DNA of 64,000 bases, filler included, from Stramenopiles sp. TOSAG23-2 (GCA_900128395.1; 35 parts of 35 records of this genome joined end to end with filler, not necessarily neighbours in it), one strand, 5' to 3'; counted from the first letter of the whole stretch, positions 13,498 through 27,505 are shown. Numbers and translations are program-made. The notes: generated from the sequence alone by a model not told the origin.

Positions 13498-14566
13498 CTA
13501 CCTCTCCATTTTTTTTAATTTTGCAATCGTTGCTTGTATCTTTTCATCCATTTCCGTTGCCAATGCATTTTCCGATTCACCATTACCATTTGATTTTTTT
13601 ACAATTTTATTTTTATTATTACTATTACCAGTTGCTGAACCAGTTGCTGCGCCTGTTTCCGCACCAGTTGCTGCACCAGTTGCTGCACCAGTTGCTGAAC
13701 CTGTTTCTGAACCTGTCATCTTCATCATCTTCAGCATTACCAGTTTCTGAACCAGTTTCTGCACCAGTTGCTGCACCAGTTGCTGAACCTGTTTCTGAAC
13801 CTGTTTCTGAACCTGTTTCTGAACCAGTTGCTGCTTTTTCCATATCTTTCGCTTCCGCTGCTACTTTTGGACCAGCATTTTGTATTGCTTTTTCAGCATT
13901 TTCTTCTACTTTTTTTTCTGCATTTGCTTCTGCATTTGCTATACCACCAGTAGCACCTTCCCCATTCAAACCAAGGGAACGTTTTAAATTAATAATTTTT
14001 AAATGAACATTGTCTAAATGTCCTTTTAAACCATCCAATTTAACTACTTGTTCCTTTTGTTGCGTATCCAATTGCTTACGTTCTGCATCCAATACTTTCA
14101 ATTTCGCTGCATGTGTTTGTATTTTTGCATCTAAATCACGTTTTTCTTTCATTAAATTTGCAATTTTCATATGTATATCATAACGACGATGTTCTTTTGT
14201 TAATGCATCTTCTTTTGCACGTAAAGTTTCTAATTGTTTCTTTACGCTTTGGATCATTTCCTTTGTTTTTGAATATCGTTGGTTCACTTTCTCTTTATGA
14301 CCTTTATGTTCTTTTAATATTTTCTCATTATGTTGAACAAAATCTTCAACTTTGCCTAAACCACTTTTTCTCGCTTCTTTTGCTTTTAATTCTTCTTCTT
14401 CCTTTGCAACTTTAAGGACATCGTTTTTTGTATCACTACTACCATCATCACTATTTGTTTTTTTCGACGGCGCTGCTGCTGCTGCATCTTTTTTCTCTTC
14501 TGCTTCACCTTTTTTCACAGCTTCTGGGTCAACTTCCTCAATACCAGATTCCACTTTTGCTTTCAC
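13498..14566 (-). CDS. Coiled-coil protein with ATGA/SETG repeats (frame break near 13715)
   Basis: Heptad-rich ORF 13625-14566; the repeat tract continues in ORF 13498-13776. Confidence 0.55.
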
Positions 14567-14819
14567 ATTTTTTGCTTCTTGTGATGTTAATTTATGTACT
14601 AAAAATAAACCAGAAGTATGATTATAATATTTTTCTTCTNNNNNNNNNNNNNNNNNNNNNNNNNNNNNNNNNNNNNNNNNNNNTTAATTAATTAANNNNN
14701 NNNNNNNNNNNNNNNNNNNNNNNNNNNNNNNNNNNNNNNTTAACCGAGTATCATACGAAATATATTCTTTTATTTTTTTTTAATTTACTCACATGATAAT
14801 TCCTGTAATCTTTTACTCT

Positions 14820-15950
14820 TCAAAAAGAATACAATAACTGACGATTTTCTAGTAATTCGGCAAAGTTATCTTTGATCTCCTTTATTTTTTTCTTATTTTT
14901 CCGATGTGTTATATCCAAAATTCCTGTGTCTTTATCACCACGTCCATGCAAATATTTCAACGCATCTTGCATCTCTTTTAAGCAATCTTTTGTGTCTTCG
15001 TTCTTCGAGGTAAGTTTTTCCAGTCTGGCAATCATCGACTCTATATTTGTGACATCTCCTTCTTCAATATCTTTGAACATCGTTTGAATTTTATCAATAT
15101 TATTTTCATCGTAAAGAGGATTAATATTCATTGAAGTGTTTCCTATGATAGAGTTTTCGTCTAAGACAGTCAAGAAACTTGCTTGTCGCAATTTTTTCAA
15201 CTTCTTTTGATCATTTTGTACCCAGTGTATTGAACCTTGTTCTTTGTGTATTACTTTAATCATCTTTTTTTCCCTCCTAAAATCTTGCCAGGCGTCCTTT
15301 GCTTTATCTTTTATAATATCCCTCAATACTCCCCGGCTTTCTCGCATACGTGATTGAAAATTCTTCTTGTCCACTTCTGGACACTCGATGGCTTTGCAAG
15401 CCATTCCCATGACATCTTTCACCGTATCAGCCTGTTTTGTTGTTTCCTGAAGTACCTTGACAAATCTACCCATTTGTTTTTGATCAAATCCCATGAAAGT
15501 GCTTGGTATGGGGAACCTAGATACGCTACCAGCCACATTGATTATATTTGCAAGAGTACAAATAAATGGGGCAATCGTTCTTAAAGTTTCTCCTGGGAGT
15601 TCGACCTCAAACCCGTCATGTATTGGGATTTTGTCTGGATCAATTTCCTTTAATAATATAGATGCCGTTACTTTAGTCTGAAACATTTTGTTAAAGTTTA
15701 CTTCATTAGCGAGATTTTCCAGCCACAATTTTTGTATCTCTCCTTCCTCCTCAAGATCCATGCTTGTGAAAAACGGTTCGCCAAAATACGCATAATAAAA
15801 TATCAAACCAACAACAAAAACATCATGTTTATGATTAGCAGGGTGGTTATTTTCATCATCAGACATAATATATTTTGCACGTTCTGGGGATATGTAGCCA
15901 GGAGTATACATTTGCTTTTTATTGAATGACGTTGGTATACGTATCTCTTT
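14820..15950 (-). CDS. Protein kinase C-lobe fragment plus helical C-terminal region
   Basis: TPGYISPE...HDVFVVGLIFYY resembles kinase subdomains VIII-IX; N-lobe absent. Confidence 0.55.
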   Translation of the reverse strand, partial: KEIRIPTSFNKKQMYTPGYISPERAKYIMSDDENNHPANHKHDVFVVGLIFYYAYFGEPFFTSMDLEEEGEIQKLWLENLANEVNFNKMFQTKVTASILLKEIDPDKIPIHDGFEVELPGETLRTIAPFICTLANIINVAGSVSRFPIPSTFMGFDQKQMGRFVKVLQETTKQADTVKDVMGMACKAIECPEVDKKNFQSRMRESRGVLRDIIKDKAKDAWQDFRREKKMIKVIHKEQGSIHWVQNDQKKLKKLRQASFLTVLDENSIIGNTSMNINPLYDENNIDKIQTMFKDIEEGDVTNIESMIARLEKLTSKNEDTKDCLKEMQDALKYLHGRGDKDTGILDITHRKNKKKIKEIKDNFAELLENRQLLYSF

Positions 15951-17656
15951 TAATGTATCTATTGTATGATGGATTAATGCACACATCAAAAATGTAAAAT
16001 GCAAATGTGCATCAATAGCTTCTTATTCTTTTATTAAATTTTATTATACCTGTAATAATTTTAATTTGTATAAAATACCTGGTGGTAGTTAATAGTAATT
16101 GATACAAATTTACCAGGTAACACTGTATGATAGCATTGATGTATCATTGTATCCAATAATATGTATAAATATGACAATATGTGAGTAAATTAAAAAAAAA
16201 TAAAAGAATATATTTCGTATGATACTCGGTTAAACTACGAGTGCGAGGTAAAAATTATGCGATCGTACAAGCGTATGATATATTAATTGACGACGAAGGT
16301 ATATCATGTTAAGAAAGTGAGATTTAATATTATTGAGATGCATTAATTTTTTTGGTTTTAATTTTTTGAAACACGCACCACACACGCACATCGTACACAC
16401 CCAGTCTTGTTATAAAAAAAATACTTTATTGCCATTGTAAATTTTTATATTTCTCTACAATATTACGTTCTTTCTCTAANNNNNNNNNNNNNNNNNNNNN
16501 NNNNNNNNNNNNNNNNNNNNNNNTTAATTAATTAANNNNNNNNNNNNNNNNNNNNNNNNNNNNNNNNNNNNNNNNNNNNCTAGTTCGAGGCGAAATTGTA
16601 AGTGAACTTGTAAATGGTCGATTCAATTTATGTCTTTTTGGGTAGGAAACTGTAATCGTATTATCTCCATTTTTGGAAGGGTTATGATTGTTGTTGTTCT
16701 TCTTTCCATCATCATAATGAACATTTGCATGATGTGCTCCTGGAATATGATGATGCATATCTAATTTAATTGCTGGATTGGTTGCCTCCTTATCTACATA
16801 ATCAAAAAATTGAAAACAAAATGCACAAACTCTTGTCATCTCATATGCCCTACAACCTCCATTTCTCATTAAATGTGGTATTGTATCTTTAACACTACAC
16901 GTCCCATATTTATTTATTTTTATTTTTAAATAATGTTATAATCAAACTTTAAATGTATTGTCTTTTATGTATACATATATGTGTATTTTTTCCATGTAAT
17001 CTTGTCTGTTGATAAAATTATATTTAATAAAGGATTGATAAACGATACAGTTGCGGTCAATCTGTTGTAATCTACTTTTATAAATGTGTGTTCGGGTGCA
17101 TGTAACCAATGTAACCGCTAAAAATATAATAATTATTCATACGATTTTGATGATCTCCGCCGCCGCCATGTACCGTATTGTTCTCATAGGCATATAGTAT
17201 ACCTGGTATAGTTTTTCTGAGGAGAAGGTTTTTATGGACAAAGAGATAAGGTGGTTTTTGTTGTCTCTCTCTCTCTCCTCCTACTAAAATCATACTAAAA
17301 TCATATAAGACTACAATTTTTCCTATCATATTTTATTACCATAGACATACAAGCCCAGCTGGCTGGGCTGGCTGGGCTGGGCCAGAGCCCTCCCAAATTT
17401 TAGTCGAACATGAATATCTAATTGTAGTTGCCCTCCGCCTCCAGCCCTATATTCACCTGCTAAATTTTTGGTTTTTGGATATTCCTAATATGCACATATG
17501 CACATCAAGTATACTAAATAAATAAGTGCATAAGTCCAATAAGTGCATGCAGAAAAGAAGAAGAAAGTTATAAGTTATTATTTATTATCAATAAAAGCAA
17601 TTTATATATATATATTATACAACAACGAAAAAGAAGAAAAGAGGAGCTTAAGAAAA

Positions 17657-18318
17657 ATGAATCGTATAATCAAGTTATTCATCACGATTTTAGTAGTAAT
17701 TTCTATTGTTACACATGTTACTGTCGTTGATGCAAAAAAACACCCAAAAATTCCAAAGAAAACCATTGACGAGAAAATGGATGTAAAGAAAGATATGGAA
17801 AAAAAAGCTGGTAAAGCTGGAAAAGAATGTTTTGAGGATACTAGCAAAAATGAAGCACAAAAGAAAAAATGCTCGTTAGACAAAACAAAGGAAGAAATGA
17901 AGAAATTAAAGGGTGAAAATGTTACAGACACGGAAGCAGAGGAAGTGTTATTACAAGCTGGTAAAGACCGGGCAGCTGCTGTCATTAAAAACTGCACACG
18001 GGATGCTAGTAATACTAACGCAAAGAAATTATGTTTCACTGATTCACTGACGGCAGCAAAGGAAGCTTGCAAAGAATATAATGGTGGAGATGATTGTTCC
18101 AATACAGAAATAATGGAAGGTATAAAAGATTTGACTGTAAAAGATGTTCAGGATAAAGTTTCCAGTTGTACTAAAAAAAAAACCACTAAAGCTGAAAAAG
18201 AAAATTGTAGAAAAAATAAGCAAACAGAGTTGAAAAAAGATATTGCAGATTCACTCGGAAAAAGTAAAGAGAATATTAAAGATAGCGAAGTACAGGAAGT
18301 AATCAAGAAAGGTGCTAC
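17657..18318 (+). CDS. Secreted Lys/Cys-rich repeat protein, 3' partial
   Basis: Signal peptide MNRIIKLFITILVVISIVTHVTVVDA followed by repeated C-x12-C helical units. Confidence 0.7.
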
Positions 18319-18418
18319 NNNNNNNNNNNNNNNNNNNNNNNNNNNNNNNNNNNNNNNNNNNNTTAATTAATTAANNNNNNNNNNNNNNNNNNNNNNNNNN
18401 NNNNNNNNNNNNNNNNNN

Positions 18419-19870
18419 AATTTATCTAAGAATAAACAACAAAAACAACGACGACGACGCCCGCAATCAGCAGCTGTAACAAGAAATATCAAGAAACACA
18501 AAAGTAAAAAACATTTATTAGGTCCATGGGAACGATCAGCTACTGCATTGCAAGCAACTAAAGCACGTTTGGATTACAAAGAAAAAATGTTAGTACCACA
18601 TGATAATAATAATGATTTAAGTAATATGGTTGATGTTTATTCCATACCAAAAGCAAATAAACATGTTTCAAAGTTATCCAAACCACGGCAAATACGTCGT
18701 AAATTTATTGATGAAGAAAAAATGAAAAAACTTGGCTTTAAAAATGCAAATGTTGTTAAACGTAAACGTCCAATGTCTGCCATACAACGGAAACGAATGG
18801 AAGAAAAACAACAACGATTAAGTGAAATGTCACAACCACGTTTTAAACGTGAAAAATTCCAAGCATACAATGGTATCAATGGCAACAAAGATCTAAAACC
18901 ATCTACACGTGCAATGAAAATTGCAAATGAATTAATTGAACGTGTTGGTAAATATGATAAATTTATGGCAAAATATTCAAATAACTCCCCATCAAAAAGA
19001 AAGAAGAAAACAAATACGAACATGCGTCCATCTTCTGCACCTGCAAGAAGAAAAGCAAAAGTAAATGAAAAAGCGCAAATGTTAAAAACAAATAAAAAAA
19101 AACAATTTAATTTATCATCATCGGATGCAGCAGAAAAACATGTAAAACGTTGTATTAAACGACGGGAACAAAAAGTAAAAGATTTTTATCTATTTATTAA
19201 AGCATTATCTGATGCAAAATATGGTTTAATGAAAATGCCTGATCCAACTGTAACGATTGATACGTTTGAAAATTTAATTGGTGAAATACAAATTTTAACG
19301 TTAGAAGTCATTGCTTCGATTGAAAGTTGGAGAAAACAATTATTAGAAAAAAAAACATTAAATCGTTTCAATGTTAGTACGAAAGAATATATTAAACCAC
19401 CACCATTTATGTGGAAACTCAAAGGTGATCATAATTTTAGTAATAGTTATAACAACAACGGCAAGAGTAAGATGCATCCAGATGAAATTGTTAATGAAAA
19501 TGGTGAAGTGAATTATTTATTACATATAACGTCAAGTTTAGATTTTTTATCACAAAGTAATACAAAACATTATAATAAACGTAATTTGAAAGAAAATGAT
19601 CATTCCACGATTGATTTTAAAGGTATTGTATTGAGTTTAAAGCCAAAGTTAGCCTTACAACGAAATCCATTTTTATTAACAACAGATGCATTATGGGGTG
19701 ATCGTGCACCATTTTTTACTGCAGAACGTGTTATTTTAGATGAAGAACGACGTGCATTGAATAATGGTAATAATCATCGTGGACATTTTGTTTCCTTTGT
19801 TAGTAGCCATACGCATCATCGTCCTATTAGTAGTAATATTCGACGAGATGACGAGAGGACGAGAGGTATA
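18419..19870 (+). CDS. Basic hypothetical protein (partial)
   Basis: Open frame over 440 aa with RPxSA motifs; no family recognised. Confidence 0.6.
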
Positions 19871-20660
19871 TTGGTATATTATAAAATTTAAAATTACCGA
19901 ACTTCGAACTTCGTAAAAAAAATTAAAATGCCGGCCCGTATACTTCGTACTTCGTACTTCGTACTCGATTTGTGACTTATAGACGAGTTTTTAATTTTTA
20001 ATTTTACTTTGTATTTGTATAATTTTAAATTTTTCTCCTCTCTCCAAATCTCCAATCTCTCCTCCAAAATCTCAACATTTTCAAGCATATCTCTTCGTCA
20101 CATTCACTCCATATCCTTTCTCCATACCACCCCCATAAATCATATTCCAACAATTGCNNNNNNNNNNNNNNNNNNNNNNNNNNNNNNNNNNNNNNNNNNN
20201 NTTAATTAATTAANNNNNNNNNNNNNNNNNNNNNNNNNNNNNNNNNNNNNNNNNNNNATCAGAGGGCGTATTGGGTATCGAAAAATGGCCACAAGCAATT
20301 AGGACTTATTGAAAAACAAAAAGGAAAACATGTAGTTAGTGAGCCTACCCATGCATTAAACTCGATGATTAATAGAAAGGAAGAGAAAAAAGCAAGTTTA
20401 GACCCGTTTGTAGAAACTACGGATTTCTTTTTCTCATTTAATCAAGAAGATTGAATATATTATTATTTAATTTTTAATAATATTATTAATATTACATAAA
20501 TGACTCAGATATACGGGGAGTATGCATGTCATACGTATAACAGTATCATAATGGTATATATTAAATTAAAAATATGAGTGAGAGAGATATCATATTTAAT
20601 GCGAGTCACGAGTCGCGTATATATGTTGAAATATGAATATAAGATTTGATGGGTTAAAAT

Positions 20661-21311
20661 CTAAGTTATATAAATATTAATTTGTCTGGTATGTTTTTTA
20701 TTGTTATTATCAATTCCATGATGGTGATCATTTAATAAATCTGATACACCAAAATCAATTAATTTGCAAACACCACGTGATGACAATAAAATATTTTCCG
20801 GTTTTAAATCACGATGTACAATTCCATTTTGATGCAAATGATATAAACCTTTTAAAATATCAGCAGCATGTCTACGTAATTTTATTTCAGGTATTGGTTT
20901 TCCATCATATGCATTTGATTGATATTCAACTTCAGATATTCGATCCATCAATTGGCCATCACTTACATATTCTAAAACTAGAAATAAACTATTATGTGCT
21001 GGATCATCTATAACTTCGAATAATTTAATGACATTTGGATGATTTAATTTCTTTAACAATGCAATTTCTTTTTTAACAATATCGGTTCCGCCATTTTTTT
21101 TAGTATTATTTGATACTTTTAAACTACGTCGTATTATTTTCAATGCAAAATATTCCGTTGTATTTGTACGTTTATTTAAACGCGATACTTTCCTAACGAC
21201 ACTAAATCCACCAATTCCAAGGGTATCCCCGAGGAGATAATCATTTAATTGTACATCTGAATTTACGATATCATTAATTTTATTTGTAATGACCGCTGAT
21301 TTTTTTTTCAT
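20661..21311 (-). CDS. CaMKK-like Ser/Thr kinase, truncated after DFG
   Basis: LGIGGFSVV, ALKII, EIALLKKLNHPNVIKLFEVIDDP, HRDLKPEN, DFG. Confidence 0.8.
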   Translation of the reverse strand: MKKKSAVITNKINDIVNSDVQLNDYLLGDTLGIGGFSVVRKVSRLNKRTNTTEYFALKIIRRSLKVSNNTKKNGGTDIVKKEIALLKKLNHPNVIKLFEVIDDPAHNSLFLVLEYVSDGQLMDRISEVEYQSNAYDGKPIPEIKLRRHAADILKGLYHLHQNGIVHRDLKPENILLSSRGVCKLIDFGVSDLLNDHHHGIDNNNKKHTRQINIYIT

Positions 21312-22096
21312 CTTTTTGCTGAGATTTACAACAACAACAACGAATAATCAAAAATAATAATAATAATAATAATACAAAAAAAAGTGTATTTTTTGTATAA
21401 TATATGTGCGTGTGTGTTTTCACACGAAACCTCCGTTTTTATTTTATATATATATATGAAACAAAAGAAGACAAAATAGGTAAATATGTGATTTTATATA
21501 TAGATATCTAACTCTACGGGGTTGAAGGTCATACATAATCCTATAATGTAATATATATATATATAAATGTTATGGGACATATCTTTTCATTCAATTTACC
21601 GAATAGAAGAGAAATGTGTGTATAATGTGAAGTTGCTTGCTTATGGCCACTTCTCCGTACTTGATGGGGGAAAATGGTATACTAAATGTGCCTATCTATC
21701 GTATTGTAATTTGTTTACGGGCTTTTTCATTTTTCAGGCACCAGCACACCTCTCTCTGCACCAGCACACCAGCGCTATTGAACACCCTTAAACCTTAAAT
21801 AGATTAAAATAATAAAATACATCACAACATGTGATCGAGGATGAAAATAGTACAACAATCAGTAGTATAAATCCAACTTTTATTACTATCAAACTCATAA
21901 TAATTTTCATCCTCTTTGTTGCAAATCCAATAATGCCAAAATGAAAATAACACCCCTTGTGTCTATGCTATTGGTTTTAAGCGTAGTACTTTAATANNNN
22001 NNNNNNNNNNNNNNNNNNNNNNNNNNNNNNNNNNNNNNNNTTAATTAATTAANNNNNNNNNNNNNNNNNNNNNNNNNNNNNNNNNNNNNNNNNNNN

Positions 22097-23834
22097 TGGT
22101 AAATATTATAATAATTATGGTAAAAGCAAAAAATCAACAAATTATTATAAAATTTAATAATTTCAATAATAGTAATATATTTCATAAACCATTTTTAGAA
22201 TGTGTTGGTTCTGGACATGCAAAATTGGCATTACGGGATGATTGGCAACAAGCGTTATTAACAGTAAAAGAATCCATTGGCTTTAAACGTGTTCGTTTTC
22301 ATGGATTATTAGATGATGATATGGGTCTTGTACAATCGAAAACATTATTAAGAAATATCACGACAATTAAAAAAAATAATGATCATAATGTAAAAAATTA
22401 CATCTTAAACTTTACTAAAATTCAACAAGTGTTTGATTTTTTAATTTACGAAGCAAATGTTATGCCATATATTGAATTATCATTTATGCCAGGAGTATTA
22501 GCATCTGGTACGACGACATATTTACATTACAAAGCACGTACAGATCCACCCAAAAATTATGATGATTGGGGGCATGTTATTAATTCATTTGGGCAATTTT
22601 TAGTTCAACGTTATGGTCTTTTGAATATATCTAAATTGTATTTTGAAGTATGGAATGAACCCAATTTAAAGAATCCATTGCCACATCTTGTTGGTGAATT
22701 TTGGACGGGTACGCAAAGTGAATATTATAAATTATATGAAACGACATCAAAAGCATTAAAAAATGTTTCCTCTAAATTACAAATAGGTGGACCAACAACA
22801 AGTGGTACACCAGCATGGTTATTATCATTTATAAAATATTGTCAAAACAATTCAATACCACTTGATTTTATTAGTTCACATTCATATCCATCAGAGGCAA
22901 AGGTGGATTCATTTATTGAAGCAATACAAAAATCCGTGGATATATCAAAACAAATCAATAAAACATTTTTCTTATCTGAATTTAATGATGGTTTATGGAT
23001 CGTAGTTATGCAGCATCGTTTTTAATTCGTACTGCATATGCATTGCAAAATACTAATAATAATAATGTTCCTGGTCGTGGAAATGATGAGTTAAAGATTG
23101 ATCATCAATATTTAGCTGGTATATCGTATTGGACCTTTTCAGATATCTTTGAAGAATTATATATGGATCGTGATCCATTTCATAATGGTTATGGTTTATT
23201 AACAATTGATAATATACCAAGTAAGTAACTGTTTTATTTTTTTTGGAGTTGATATATATATATATACATATTTGTTTTTCTTCTTCTTTAGATTTACTAA
23301 CACCGTCGTATATATATATATAATAGAACCTGCATTTCGTATATTTGAATTATTAGCTAAATTTCCAAATAGATTTTATCCAAGTAATCATGATAATGAT
23401 ACTGGTAGTAACAGCAAAAGTACAGTGACAAGAATTATAAACGAAGATGATAATGCGGGGGGAAATCTTGAGGAGGAAGAAGAAGAAGAAGAAGATACGG
23501 AAATAACTAGTTTTAGTGGTATTGTTGAGAAAAACAATACATATGTACATATACAAACATTCATTACAAATTTTGTACCAAATGATAAAATGAATGTAAA
23601 TTAAATATTGGTTATATTGATAGTAAACATACTAATCCATATGAAACATGGAAAGATATAAAATCACCAAAACCATTAAATGGAAAAAATAAAGAAATAG
23701 TAATGAATGCTTCGATGTTGAAATATGATATATTGCCATGTAATATAAAAGCTATGCCATTGTCGTCGTCGTCTAAAAAACAAGTTATAGATATTTATCA
23801 ATCATTGTTATTAGAACGAAATGGTGTAACTCTA
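22097..23834 (+). CDS. Glycoside hydrolase family 39 (beta-xylosidase/iduronidase-like), with one intron and frame breaks
   Basis: GSGHA, RFHGLL, PYIELSFMP, FEVWNEPN (acid/base), DFISSH, LSEFN (nucleophile), SYWTFSDIFEE; frame change near 22995. Confidence 0.85.
23221..23326 (+). other. Spliceosomal intron in the GH39 gene
   Basis: GTAAGT donor, TACTAAC branch point at 23295-23301, TAG acceptor; splicing restores IDNIP-K-PAFRIF. Confidence 0.85.
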
Positions 23835-23934
23835 NNNNNNNNNNNNNNNNNNNNNNNNNNNNNNNNNNNNNNNNNNNNTTAATTAATTAANNNNNNNNNN
23901 NNNNNNNNNNNNNNNNNNNNNNNNNNNNNNNNNN

Positions 23935-24305
23935 GTACAACAACAACGACAATAACTACCAATTTTAGTAATATCAGTGGTATGAAATTACCATCATTTA
24001 GTAATAATTATAATAATAATAATAATAATAATGAAACCAAAGATGAAACCACTAATAAATTTAATGAAGAAGGTGTTAGTTATTATAATGGAACAAACAT
24101 AAATAATTTATTATATGGAAAAGATTATAGTAATCATTATTCTGGTGCAGAGAATAATTATTATAATGTCGTCGATATAAAATCTCAAACTTTTAATAAT
24201 AAAACGGAGACATTTTCTATTGGTAAAAATCCTTTACCACAAGGTGATGGTTTGCTAGCGCGTAGAATGGTACATAGTCGCGCCAGATCCAGTGGATATC
24301 TTTAA
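23935..24305 (+). CDS. N-rich hypothetical protein C-terminus
   Basis: Frame is open from near the contig edge to the stop at 24305. Confidence 0.4.
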
Positions 24306-24749
24306 CAATAAAAAAGAATAATTACTTTACAGAAAAGTGTGTGTGTGTGCGTTTTTTACGCACCAAAAACAAATTAAAAGAAAAAATTTTGCTTTTCGTG
24401 AAATTTTGATTGGATTTATATTGGATTTACTCTTATAAAATTATAGAGAATGTGTACATTAAAAATTTGTACGCTCGTATTTTTTATCTCTCGTAGCTAT
24501 AAAACTTTTAGAATGCCATTATATTTCTTAACACGAGAAGTGTAAAAAATTATTAATTAACTTAGACTTTTAACCACATCGATCGATACAACACTTTGCA
24601 ACTTTCAACAAATTGTGTCACGAGGTTTGATAGTTAAAAAATATGTACAATTTTTGCACTTATTTTAAATAAAATATATGATACTAAAGAAATATTATTT
24701 GTCCTTCGTGATTCAATACTTTTTTTGGTTTTTATTTCGCATAATGATT

Positions 24750-24910
24750 GTGGTTAAAGGTTAAAATCTAATAAGTTATATCATGGATAATAATTTTACA
24801 CTCTTCTGGTGTTTAAGTAAAATATGCTCAATACTCAAATCGCAAGAATAATATTCTAATCCCTACTATAGTAAAGCTCTAATGCACCCTCTGCAAACTA
24901 ATACTCTACA
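24750..24910 (+). repeat. Dispersed intergenic repeat family A (longest copy)
   Basis: Blocks GGTTAAAATCTAAG, TTTTACACT, GCTCAATACTCAA and GCAAACTAATACTC recur near 2110-2222, 4681, 8581, 20652 and 61048-61163, and reverse-complemented at 24528-24576 and 53238-53308. Confidence 0.75.
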
Positions 24911-25109
24911 ACTTTTTATATAAAAGTTGTAAAAGATTTTACAAAGAAAAAATTGTTGATCTCCATTTTAATATGAAATTACTGGCGGTGTTCTTCTCGC
25001 GACTATCATACCAAACACTTCTCTCCTTTTTCATTATTTATCCACCAAACACTCCTCTTTTTAAAAAATACCATCTTCAATCTACTTCACACGCACAATA
25101 ATATTAATT

Positions 25110-25672
25110 TTATTCAGATTTTTTGGCTTCTATTCTAACTTTTCGTCGCTGTGCTTTTGACATCGGTGTCTTCTTATCAGCTTTTGGTGTATCCACCCAA
25201 TCCGGATGCACACTCATTTCATCATTTTTTGAATTATTCTCAACTTCTTCATCTATATCTACCATACCTTCCATTGCTAATTTTGCCATCATATCTAATT
25301 CACCGCTTGGACGGCTAGCTCTACGTAAAATATCCTTTTCCTCTTTCACATTTTTATTGATATTTTCAACTATACTACGCTCTCTTCGCAATGTTTTTTC
25401 CATCATAATTAGGCGATCTTCCGTCGACCATTGATAATACTTTTTCTTATCTGCTTTTGCTTTCAACGCTTGGCTTAATGGTATTGCCGTATCCTTAGCT
25501 TTAGGTAGGTAACGTGGGAATTTACTGAACAACCATTTGTAAACTTTATTCAATTTAATACGTAATGATGCAACTAAAACATCATTATCGAATTCTTCCT
25601 CTATATTTTCCTTCATTTCATTATATGCAACATCTACAATGGTCACAACCATGGAAATTAAGAAAAAGCCAA
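25110..25672 (-). CDS. C-terminus of a polycystin/TRP-like cation channel
   Basis: FFLISMVVTIVDVAYNEMKE resembles the end of the PKD2/TRP S6 helix, followed by a coiled-coil tail. Confidence 0.5.
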
Positions 25673-25772
25673 NNNNNNNNNNNNNNNNNNNNNNNNNNNN
25701 NNNNNNNNNNNNNNNNTTAATTAATTAANNNNNNNNNNNNNNNNNNNNNNNNNNNNNNNNNNNNNNNNNNNN

Positions 25773-27505
25773 TTACTATTATCTACATCATATTTACTCC
25801 ATATTGAATCAATGTACTTAATCAATAATACTTTATGTTCATCGCATATTTCATCCATTAATTTATCGCATCCAACGAAAAAATCAACTAGTGTTTTTTG
25901 GAATGCTCCTCTTTTTGCATATATTTCTCGTTGCTCTTTATTCAGCTGAATACCGTGTTCTAAAAAGTTCAATAATTCATTCTTTTCCAATACTCCGTTA
26001 GGTTCTTGGCCAGTTATTTCATATGCCTCACTTTCAATATGAGCGATGAATTCTTTTACATTGTGATTTGATATTTTTTTATGTCCTGTGATATCAATTA
26101 TCATTTGTTTTGCTTCTTTTGCATCAATTGAGTTTGATTTGTCAATATCGTATTCATACCATATTGATTCAATAGCTGCATGTAGCAATTCTCTTTCATG
26201 TGGATGTATAACATCACTATCATTTTTCGTTTTCTTGTCACCCTTTTCTTTTTTCATTAATTTATCACAACCTATGAGAAAATCAATTAATATTTTTTGA
26301 AATGCTCCTCGTTTAGCATATGACTGACGTTGAAGAGCAGTTAATTTTCTACCATGATTGATAAAATCTAACATTTCGTCTTTCTCTAACATACCATTTG
26401 GTTTTTGCCCAGTTGTTTCATAAGCTTGATCTTCTATATAAGATACAAATTCTTTTACGTGTTTTTTTGATATTTTTTTATGACCAGTTATATCCATTAT
26501 CATTTGTTTTGCCTCTTCGGCATCAATGGAATTTGATTTATCTGTATCATATTTATACCATATCGTATCAATAGTAGATTGTTGTCTATTATTATTAAAT
26601 TCATGTCTTGCTTTATCTATGCCATTAATAAAGTCAACTAATGTTGCATGGAATTTACTTCGACTTCCAAAATCTTTACGCTCATTTTCACTCATAGAAA
26701 TAGCATCTTCCAAAAATGATAATAATTCTTCTTTTTCTATTTCATTATTTAAGTTACCATTATCAGATGATTGACTCTCAATATATTGTATAAATTCCAG
26801 ACATTCATCATCTGATACGTGATCATGACCGGTAATATCTAATATTAATTGTTTTACTTCTTTCAGACTTATACTATTACTATTATCTACATCATATTTA
26901 CTCCATATTGAATCAATGTACTTAATCAATAAATGTTGCATGGAATTTACTTCGACTTCCAAAATCTTTACGCTCATTTTCACTCATTGAAATAGCATCT
27001 TCCAAAAATGATAATAATTCTTCTTTTTCTATTTCACCATTGGCTTCTCCACTTGATTGACTTTCTATGTATGCTACAAAATTACTACACTCCTCTTCAG
27101 TTACATTTTCATGACCGGTAATGTCCAATATTAATTGCTTGATCTCTTGCACGCCTATACTTTTACTATTATCTACATCATATTTACTCCATATTGAATC
27201 AATGTACTTAATCAATAATACTTTATGTTCATCGCATATTTCATCCATTAATTTATCGCATCCAACGAAAAAATCAACTAGTGTTTTTTGGAATGCTCCT
27301 TTTTTTGCATATATTTCTCGTTGCTCTTTATTCAGTTGAATACCATGCTCTAAAAAGTTCAATAATTCATTCTTTTCCAATACTCCGTTAGGTTCTTGGC
27401 CAGTTATTTCATATGCCTCACTTTCAATATGAGCGATGAATTCTTTTACATTGTGATTTGATATTTTTTTATGTCCTGTGATATCAATTATCATTTGTTT
27501 TGCTT
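25773..27505 (-). CDS. Tandem EF-hand repeat protein (partial, frame break near 26925)
   Basis: Repeated WxxYDxDxSxSIxxxExKQ EF-hand loops in units of about 130 aa. Confidence 0.85.

Noticed and set aside
17353-17390. GC-rich GGCTG repeat patch
   Set aside because: Too short; no partner terminus or structure to support a call.
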